Of a stretch of DNA of 64,000 nucleotides, positions 12,601 to 23,800 are shown one piece after another (within the stretch, counting starts at the first letter, position 1; each line of letters opens with the position of its first letter). The stretch lies in assembly GCA_028534125.1 (NCBI GenBank), contig CM052816.1, forward strand, positions 70,434,001-70,498,000, given 5' to 3'. The position numbers and the translations under genes are program-made. Source of the DNA: Lama glama (Eukaryota). The notes below the pieces were generated by a model, which was given only the letters and a program-made list of their open reading frames with translations, ran no database searches and had not been told where the DNA came from.

Positions 12601-15600
12601 GCGGACTGCAGAGCCAGCCATGGAGCAGGCGCTCAATGAGTGCTAGTTTCCCTTTCTGCTGACCTCCCTCCCCACCGGCTCCTGGTGTCCCTAAAAGCAG
12701 TTCCACCTATTCGGACGATGGAATTTACCTGGTCACCTCGGTGAGACTGAATAACTGTGACGTTGCCATTCTCATTAACGCTGTACAGCACTATCAGGCC
12801 AGTATAATTTGCCCGAGGAGCACCAGCAACAAAGTGGACACTTTTCCTAGTAGAAATCGAAGCCACAGAGTAACCTAGGAGAGAAGGAATTACAGAGTGG
12901 GTGCTATGGAATATCTGGGCCAGACAGGCTGGTGAAGTTACTGGAGATGATCAGAGGTCCTTTTGGTTAGTGTGATGCACAGTTCTCAGTGCTCCAGAGC
13001 AAATCGCTGGGGGCACGTCTTCCTTTTTCTAAGATGAACTGCTTCCTTGATTGATAGCACTGCCCTGTGTAGGTGGAACCTCTCCCTATAAAGCTGGCCC
13101 TTGACTCGGGGTTGTCCCCATCAGCCACTCATGAATCTGACACCCAACAAATATTTCTTGAATGAATAACTAAATGAATTTAAAAGGTCATATTGCACAG
13201 TGGGAGGATCATAGGCGTTGCAGTCAGACAGTCCCAGATTCAAATTCTGAATTTGCCACTTATTAAGTATTTTTTACCTGTAGGCAAGTGATTAACCTCT
13301 TTGGCTCTCAAAGGTAAAATGAGGATAACAACACTTTTTCTTTCTTCCAAAGAGTAGTTGGAAGGATTTAAATGTTGAGATTGTCATACTAAGTGAAGTA
13401 AGCCAGAAAGAGAAAGAAAAATGCCATATGATATCACTTATAGATGGAATCTAAAAAAAAAAATGACACAAATGAACCTATTTAGAAAACAGAAACATAC
13501 TGATAGACACAGAAAATGAACTTATGGTTACCAGGCAGGGGAAGCGGGGATGGAGGGATAAACTGGGAATTTTGGATTTGCAGATACTAACTACCATATA
13601 TAAAACAAATTTAAAAAAAAAGATCTACTGTATAGCACAGGGAACTACATTCCATTCCTTGTAATAGCCTATAATGAAAAAGAATGTGAAAAGGAATATA
13701 TAATGTATAACTGAATCATTATGCTGTACACCAGGAATTAACCTATTATAAACTGACTATACTTTGGTTAAAAAAAAGTTACATACAAAGAATAGCCAGC
13801 TCAGGAACTGTCCCATAGTAGGTGCTCAAAATCAGTGGCTGCTTGTTACAGGAAGAAATGACTAAGAACTCGTAACTGATATAAGACACCCACTTACTTC
13901 TCTGGCTTTTAGGAACTATTTCCATTTTAGAGAAACACACTGATGTCAATGAGAGAATAACAGCTGCTTGAAGAGCCAGGAGAGATTAACGAGTATAATA
14001 TATAGCACTGCATTAAGCAGGTACAGGCTAAGACCTGACCGGCCAAGAGGCAACACCAGTACGTGTAATAAATCTAGTGATCAGAGGGTGGTAGATCGCT
14101 TGGCTGAACTGATCCTGAGACTCAACAAGAGGCTAGTTTAAAGGAAGGAACTTACATTTGCTGAGCCAAATGCTGCCAGGCCTTACCTAAATATGAACTG
14201 TGATTTCTGTCGTGCAGAATTTGGTCAAAGGCTTGCTTAGGGAAGATCAAATGCCCGTGAGGTGTCTGCTGGACAACCGTCCCACTCCAGTCGTAAGCTC
14301 CTACGGCACCCAGCATCAGAATATCCTAAAATAATGGGAAAGGGAAAAGCATTAAAACAAATCACCTCTAAAGCATAAGAGTGTAGGGTGGGCAAAACAT
14401 TAAATTAATGGTCTAGATTTAAAGAAAAATAAAACTAAGCATGAAGAAGTAAAATGTATATGAACTGTTAAAACAAACAAAAAAGAGACAGCAGACCACA
14501 AATGGAATCACTTGTGCTACGATGACATCACCAGACCCAGATCTGCTACCTAACCCAGTTCCAGTTTCAACTTCTGCAGGAGTGTCCTCTTAACTGGTCA
14601 GTCTGGAATTTCCCGGTCAGCACTAGTGAGGTAATCCGCCAGAGAGACACCTTTTGTCCCCCACAGGAAGGTGACCTTGCCTGAAACAATCCATCCTTTC
14701 CCGCTCTGCCTATAAAAGCCTTCCATTTTCTCTTGGCTAGATGGTCCAATTCACGAATCGCTGAATAGAACCAATTAGATCTTCAAATTCGTTTGGCTGA
14801 ATTTTGTCTTTTAAACAGATTGTACGTTGACATATCTCTGAATTGCTTTGATATATTTTGTTCTGGAAAAAAAAGCCTTCCCACAAGCCACGTCACCTTG
14901 GGCTTCGTTTGGTATGACACATTTTAAAGATGAATCTGTACTACATATAGCTATCTTTGAATTTCCAGGCAAAGGCACACGTTTGCAAATGCTGAGCAGT
15001 CGTGAGCCATTAGAAAGGAATCAGAAGGGAGGGAGCCTCCAGCCTCACATCTTCCTAAGAAGGGCTCCGGATATGAAGCCCGCTTGAGAGACAGGAAAGC
15101 TGCTACCCCAGCTGGTCAAGGTGACTCTCTTCTGACCTGGTCTGTTTTCAACTTCCTCCCTCTTTCTTCTTGATTCCTTCTCGAATGTTCCTCCATCATC
15201 TCTACCCTACCCATCTATTTGAAAATGGCACAGCTACAAAAGGTACCTATGGCTGTGACAATCACTGGTCAGCGCCAGTGGGAACAGCAAAATCGGACAG
15301 GCCACTCTGGGTTGACTCAAAACCCAACCTGAATATTCAAAGCTATAAATCATCACAGAAGGCAGGGTTGGTCACGATGGGACTTATTATTTGTAAGTTT
15401 TTGATCTTAGATCTTAGAAAACATCCAAGATTACGATATTGGATTGAAAAATACAAAGTCATTTAAAAAATATAGCAAATAGGGAAATGATGGGTCCCAT
15501 TTTGAGGATAAGAGACCATGAAATTTTGTGAATGATAATTCTGGGACTCTGAATCTCTTCAAGGAGAATACAAAAACTTCAAGAAATTCTGTGAAACATT

Positions 15601-18600
15601 CTCTGGGCGGGGTTCATTTACATTCTTTTCTGTGAGAAAGACCCATAACTTTTATGAGCATCTCTACCCACTGGAGATCCAGAAAACATCAGCACCTTTC
15701 ATTCTAGAGAGAAAATAAGCTGATCCGGGTCCTTTATCCTGCCAGTCACATCTTCTGAGTTCACACTGTCCCCTAAGTATTTCCCAGTGTCACCGATCTC
15801 TCTGCCTCTTTTATCACACTCCCCTCACATCCTGAGCAGAATGAGAATCAGAGGCCTGAGAGCTGGATGTTTCTGAGAAAGAACACATTTCCCTGAGCTA
15901 AGAAGACTTCCCATCTCGCATTTTCCCCTAACGCTTCACTTCTTCACTACTTTTGCTGTCTCTTCTCTTGTAAAAGAGATACTCCAGCAACTCAGAATTT
16001 AACAGTGACAGTGACGACATTTTGTGTTTTTAACAAGCTTTTCCAGTAGTTCATTGATTTAAAGAAAATTCCTGCAGTGATAATACCTTGAATTAACATA
16101 GTGCCTGTTCCTTGGAGCAAAGGCTTTCTTGTATATTATCATTTTTTTCCATAAAAATTCCCTGTGAAATAGGGAAGGGAAGGCATTATTAACCTGTTTT
16201 TTTCAGATGGTAAATCAGCAGCACAAAGAAACCAAATGGCTGTGACTAGGAATGAGAACTCTTAATCACTTGATGGCTGTTTTTCCCATTTTACACAAGG
16301 CTATCGCACCCAGAAGCGCTAAGCCAAATGACCGCATGGCTGGAAGTGATCTGAATACACACATTTTGAGGAGAGTAATCTGCGCTGAATCCCACTTGTG
16401 ACATCTCCATCTGGAAGTTGTCTCCGCCTTGAACGGTACCTGGGGAACAACAGTTTCAAAAATGGTATCACTGTTATTAATTTTATTTACTTATTTATTT
16501 TTATTTTTTATTTTTAAAATTTTGGGGGAGAGGTAATTAAGTTTGTTTGTTTGTTTATTAGTGGAGGAGTTAGGTAGTTAGATAAGTGGGAGCAGTGGGC
16601 AGATAGGAGGAGGAGAGGGAGGATGGTCCGGAAGATGGTGTTATGCCCGCCTCCAGCATAAAGGGACTTTACTTCTTCTTAACAAGTACCAGGAAAAAAA
16701 AAAAAAAAGAAAAGAAAAGAAAAACTGGTTAAGACCCAACAGCCACGACCTCATAGTAGCAGAAAAGACCTAACCAGACATGACCAATGTTCACTGTATT
16801 ATAATTAACATTGAGGTTTAGTCCCCCCACCCCATGGGTTTTCCTGTGTACACCATGGGTAAGGACATGCGCAAAGGGCCCAAAAATGACTCAGCATTCC
16901 AGGGACCCGAGCCATCAATCAAGAGACCTCCTCTAAGTGAGGGTATAAGAGAAAGGGGAGACAAAAAACAACTGCTTTTTCCTCCCTTGGATCAGCACGC
17001 CTCCATTTCTTGGGGGCATACTTTTCCTTTCCTTTTAAATAAATCTTGTAAAATCTTTCCCTACACAACGCACTGTCTCCCAACTGCAAACTTGTATTTT
17101 GGGTATGATAAGAACCGGGGTCTTTACCTTTTGTGGTAACAGAGGTACTAGGGATTGAACCCAGGACCTCCTGCATACTAGGCATGCGCCCTACCACTAA
17201 GCTATACTCTCCCTGTTATTAATTTCAAATCAAAATTTCAAACACACGTACACACACACACACAAACTCACACAGTGTTCAGATGTCCACTCAGAAATGT
17301 AGAGCTACCAGATTCTGGGAGGGAGCAATCTCTAAGGAAGTATTCTAACAGATCTAGAAATCCACAATACTCTTAAGGTAGTGTTTGAAGCTGGCATTAA
17401 TCTTGATTATGCATTAGTGTACTTATTGGCATGCTCATGAAATTCCTGATATCAAAGAACATTTAACATAGAGGGTGAGGTAAGATGAAAGTGATTGTCT
17501 TTTTTTTTTCAGTTATTATTACTAGTTAAGAACCTAGCTGACTTTATAGCTTTTAAATATTGGTACTAAAAAATGCACACATCTCAGATACAGTTGGAGG
17601 AGCCAGGCAATTGATCTGTGGTGAAGACCATGCTGAGAGATATTTGGATTAGGCTTCAGGAACCAGAATTCACAACTGAGTAGGAATTTTCCCAGTTGAA
17701 AAGTCTGTCCAAGTTCTACATATGGGCTTGCCTCAGACACTAGCACTGTAAGACTCAATTAGAACTCATTTTCCATACTGTGCGGCCAAAATGGCTTCAT
17801 TTCACTCTTCTTTGCAAAAAGGAAGTTAAATTTCTGGACTGCCACATTAATGTGGAGAAGACAAACTATACTGCACAACATAGTCACTTATTTAGAAGAT
17901 GTAATAATTTACACAATTTTTAATAAAGTAGAGTATTGCTCCCTCAAAATTCATAATAGCAGCTATCACTCAAAATCATTTCTAGTTAGCTTCTAGATTG
18001 CACTGTGATCATTCATATTCATGCAGGCTGCCACAAAGAAGCAAAATTATTACCACAGATAGTCAAATAATTTTGTATTATCTCAGGACACAGATTCTGA
18101 TGATAATTCAAACAACTTAGACATACCCTGGATGTTTAAGTGGCAATAAAATTTTTTGGATAGACCCTTCCAGTGGATAATCAGAAGATGAAGACTTGAC
18201 TATAGGAATTAATATTTAATTTATGCAACCCCCTTGGATCCAGCTTCTGAAGCCAGATCTGACGCACAGTCGCTGCTGAATAAAATACACTCTTCATTGC
18301 TGAGGGTTACTTTTTACCAACTGGGAATTGTTTTCCAGGCCTCCTTACAGTGAGCTCTCGAACACATGCTACTTCTATATTGGCTAGACCTTCCGAGGTC
18401 ATATAAGTAAAGAACTGTAGATCTTATCTTCACTGCATTTTTCTAATTTTAGAAGTGCACATTTGTTGCAAACAGAGTCAAGAATTTCAGAAATTATGTA
18501 ACCGCGTAAAAAGGTAAAACTTTTTATGATTATAAGAAATATTCACACAGTGTAGAAAGGTAAAATTATTTATGACTATAACAGATATTACTAAATTTCT

Positions 18601-20841
18601 GCCTCAAAAGGTTCTACAATTTATAATGTTATCAACAGTATATGAGCTTCTTTGCTTCCCCATAATTTCTCCAAGATTAAACATTTCTAATCTTTGTTAT
18701 CTTTTAGGTACAAAGTAACACTGATTTGATTTATATTTTAAAATAATTACTAAAATTGGGAATATTGTCTTATGTTTATTGGCCATTTATATTTTACCTT
18801 TTATAAACTACTTATTCATCATTCTTTGTCTATCTACAGGAGTTCTCTCTATACAAGGCATATAAGTTACATTAATAGAGCAAGTATGTTGTGGTAAAGA
18901 ATCCTTGAAGTAAGGTTTTGAAAGAAAACTCTGGAAAGAAGTTCTTTTACCTTCAATGCTGAAAATCTGTTCTCCTAATGTCCCAGCCTTTTCTAGTAGA
19001 GCTGCTTCATCAGAGACATTGAAAAAATACCTTTCTGTTGGAATACTGGCAATTGCTTTAATTTCTTTTATTAAATTTTTAGTATCAAGGGCATTTCTGT
19101 TTAAGTAACCAAGAACCTTGGAAACAGAAGAAGAGGAGAAAAAGCCATTAGTGCGGTGCCTCAATATTCCCATCAGCACTTTCTACCTATTTCTGAACAC
19201 AATAGGCCTTCTGGAGAAGTACATCATAATTTACTGGGACTGAAAATCAGCAAGAAGCAGATTAAGAATATTCTTTTATATTAAGTTATGAATGGCCAAT
19301 AAGAAAGTGCAGTCTTGGGAAGTGATGTTATAAAGTAACATTTATCCATCAACTGAAAGACAAGTAAAAGGAAAAGCCACTTACTGCTATGCCAAACCTC
19401 AGTATGTTGTCATTGTTACATTGATCAATCACAGCCTTCAACATTGAACCATCATGGGATTCACCATCAGTCACAACCACCATCACTTTGGTAGCACCTG
19501 GTCGTCCACCAGCAGCTGCTGAATACGCGGAATCTCTGTGGTAGATAAAATTAAAGACTCACCACCAAAAGATAAAGTTATCATGAGGACCTTGGTTCGA
19601 AATATAAATATGAAACTAACTTCTTTGAGCATAACCTATTGTGATTTATAATTGCTCTTTCTACCAGTTCTGGTGACTTTTTAGCTACAGTCTATTCATA
19701 GCTTATAGAGAAACATGAAAATATAAACATTGCTTGGCATTAAAAATAACTTCCATGATTTCCATGATATGTGTGTATGTATTTATATCAGGAAACCTTA
19801 GAATTATCTTCTGCTAAGAAAATTAAACTTATTACTACTAATCAACAGAACAAAGATATTCATTCCTGTCATAAATTTCACTATTGGACCTTCATTATTT
19901 TTTCAATAGTAAATTGTTTCTTTTTTTAAGTAATAAAGACACACAGTAAAAGAAATCCAAAGCATTTAGAAAGGCATGAAACAAAAATTTCACACCAAGC
20001 CACTATTCCAAAGGTAATCACCATTATTAGTTTATGTTTCCTTCTAGAAAATGATTCATCTAGAGATACATATGCAAAAGTTACTCCTTAAACTTTTTAT
20101 ACAAATGAGGGCATGTGCTATATAGCTGTTTTTCATTTTGATGGAGATCTTTCTATATTAGCCCATATAGAGCTCTCCTTTTACTAATGGCTGTGTGATT
20201 TTATTTGGAGGAACCATAGTTTATTTAACCAATTCCCCCATTATTATGCATTTAGGCCATTTTGAATTTTACAAATAATGCTGTAATGAATACCCTTGTG
20301 TATATATCTTGGCATAATTTTTCTTTTTTTAAAAATTTTTTTATTGAAGTATAGTTGATTTACAATGTTGTGTCAGTTTCATGTGTACGGCAAAGTGACT
20401 CAGTTATACAGAGATTATATGTCTGTGTGTGTGTGTATACACACACACACACACATATCTGTTCTTTTTCAGGTTCTTTTCTTTTTTAGGTTATTATAAG
20501 ATATTGAATATAGTTCCTTGTGCTATATAGTTAGTCCTCGTTAGTTATCTATTTTATAGTAGTATTGTGTACATGTTAATCCCAAACTCCTAATTTATCC
20601 CTCCCCACTACCCTTTCCTCTTGGTAACCATAAGTTTGTTTTCTATGTCCGGAAGTCTGTTCTTGCTTTGTAAATAAGTTCATTTGTATCATTTTTTTAG
20701 ATTCTACATACAAGCGATATCTTCTGATAGTTGTCTTTTTCTGTCTGACTTACTTTTCTTAGTATGATAATCTCTAGGTCTATCCATGTTGCTGCAAATG
20801 GCATTATTTCATTCTTTTTTATGGCTGAGTAGCTAGCATTC

Positions 20842-20889
<48 letters not shown>

Positions 20890-23800
20890 ATATACACACA
20901 TACAAGATATATGTATCTTCTTTATCCAGTCATCTGTTGATGGACTTTTAGGTTGCTTCCATGTCTTGGCTATTGTAAATAGTGCTGCCGTGAACACTGG
21001 GGTGCATGTATCTTCCCTAATTAGAGTTTTCTTTGGATATATTTGACATACTTTTTCAAATGTATCAGGATACAATCTTAGCAGTTAAATTACTTGGACA
21101 AAGGATTTACACATTTCAAATTTTGATAAATAATACTAAATTGCCCTTCAAAAATTCCACCAATTTATATTGCCATCAGTGTACAAAAATGGTTCTCCAC
21201 CAACTTTCCTTAATAATGAGGATTATTAACTTTTTAATGTGGGACACTCTTACATGTGAGAAATAATATATAATTGTTTTAATGTGCATTTTTTCATTTT
21301 GAGGTATAATGAGCATTTGTATATATTCATTAGCCATTTATATTTCTTTCTTAATGAACTCTTGATTTTTCCTTATCTTTGCCCATTTTTCTGTGTTTTT
21401 CATCATTTTCCTAACCAGTGAGATTTGTGATAATAAAGATATTACCCTTTGTCAAATATATTGTAAACAATTTTGTCAGTTCTTTAATCATTTTTAAAAT
21501 TTTAGTGATATTAATTCTGGACAGAAATTTTATGTTTTGATATAATCAAATCCACTAATTTTTCTGTGTGTCTTTCATATTTGACATGGTATTTTAAAAG
21601 GACCTCTTATCTCTAAGACTTTTTTCTTTAATCCCCCAAGTTTTCTCATAATCCTTTAACAGTTCCATTTCCTTAGATTTAAAGTTTTGGTCCAGTTGAA
21701 ATTTATTTTGATTCCAGCAGTGAGGCAAGGATTCAGCTTTTTTCTGTTTCTAGATTGTTAGCCAGTTGTTCAACAACATTTTTCTGTCTATTGGATTCTC
21801 TGGTTACACATTCTTTCTGGTATCATCATATAGGTTCCACCTACATGATGACAACTTAGTCAATATCTGTTTCCATTCAGCCTTCCCATCTTCAAATTTA
21901 TATATTCAATGCACTGAATATTTTCACCCGAATACATAAGGAACACTTAAAAAACATTATTTTATTTCCTAAAGATTTTCAGTATTCTACATAGCACAAT
22001 ACAAAATATAGAAAAATATTTTCTATTTCACAGCCAGTCAAGTTTGAACTACAGTACTCACATCAAATTTTTGAGTGAATTATACTCTTTACAACATACA
22101 GTAGAACTCATACGTGATTATAAGCTTGCTGAGGGTAGAAACTGGACCTCATTTAGATTTGATTATCTGCAGGGCTTGGAAAATAGATTGTAACTGTAGG
22201 CACTCAATGAAATAAGATCAATAGAAATGGCAATATTTACTGAAAGAGTATTGGAATTCTATTTGATGTTGTAAAGAAACAGACCAAGAAGAAGAAGAAA
22301 GGGAAAAGGAGGAGGAGGAGCGTGGGGAAGGAAGGAGGAGAAAAAGTGAAAGAAATAGCAGTAATTCAATTCTGGAAGGTGTGACTAAGAAGTTAGGTGA
22401 TTCTCCTAAGAATGGAATGATTCCTATTAGCTTGGGAAACAGTGGTAAGAGATATGATGGGGAGAAAACCAAAGTTTTGAAAAAATCATGAAAGCCATTC
22501 AAGTCCTGTTTTATCAGAAAGTGGCCAATCTCCTTGAGAAGGAAGCTCCTGAGAAGGTCCTCAGGCTCTTTCCAGGGAAAAAAGGCCACACCTACATTTC
22601 CTGCTAAAAATACAGGCCCTCTGCCATCTCTAACTCCTAGGAAGCCACTTTCTAAGTCAACTTATTCTTCCCCTGAGTCTATTTTAGTGGACCAGGAAGG
22701 GTACTTTGCCTAATGGCAATTGGCCAACAGCCTATGAGATAGCTTGACCCCAAAGAACATCTTAATAAGGACAAAAAAGATTAACCAAACCAATCATATC
22801 TTTTCTTGTAGGGAATCTACTTTTGAGACATAGAGGGAGAGTCACCAGTTGATAGAAGCAGCAACTAGAATATAAACTGTCTTTAAAAAAAGAAAAGGGG
22901 TGGGGGGACAGATATAATAGGAAATTCAGAAATAGAAATGACAGGATGTGGTGATTGACCAGATATGTGATCTAAGGAGGAACAGAAAAGGAAACCACCA
23001 AGTTTTTAGTCAGAATGACTGGGAAAAAAGGAAGACAAATGAATCAAAATGGCAAAGTCATGAGGAAGGGTAGGGAAAAGAATAAGTCAAGTTTAGGATG
23101 TACTGAATTTGATAAGTGAGCCAACATTCCAAATAAAGATATTCAGAGTCAGCTGGATGACTGTGTGAATCTGGGAGAGAGTCCAGGGCTGACAACACAG
23201 CAGCGGGGTGACCCATGCAGGGCTGATGCTTGAGCATCCATGAGAGTGGATACAAGGCCTAAGAGAAAAGGCTATTAAAAAAGAGGGTTGTTTAGTGAAG
23301 AAGTAGAAAAAGCCAGTGAAGAGGAAAAATTGTTGACAAAAATTTGACAGGTTTTCTAGAAGTTTCTGGTGTCATGGCAACTGGGGTAGAAATAGCAGTG
23401 TGTGCTCATTCTTGTCCAACATTCAGGGAAGCTAAAGAGGACGAGGCTTGAGGCGGGACCAGCGGGTCACTGGAGGAGTAAGAGGACCATGTTTACTTGG
23501 CGACAGAGCCATTATGTTTCAGGAAGTGGAGGGAGAGAGTACGGACTCTTCTTTCAAGAAATTATGGTAGTGGAAGGAAGGAATGCACAGCTGGATGAAA
23601 AAGTGCAGGAAGTAGGTTCAAGGGAAGGTGAACTCACTGTTCTCATTTTTTAACAGTAGGGGAGTGTTCAGCATTTTTGTAAAGATATCTGATTAAAACT
23701 TGAATGAAGATGAAGGGCAGCAGGGCTGAGAAAATAGGGAAACTGAGCTAAGCAGTAGGAGAATATTCCATAGTTGTGAAATTCACACTGCCCCAGACTG

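Noticed and set aside
12729..12745. RGD tripeptide within ITGA2 exon 12
   Set aside because: Also present in the recalled human sequence (HRGDQ); not novel and no evidence that it acts as a ligand motif
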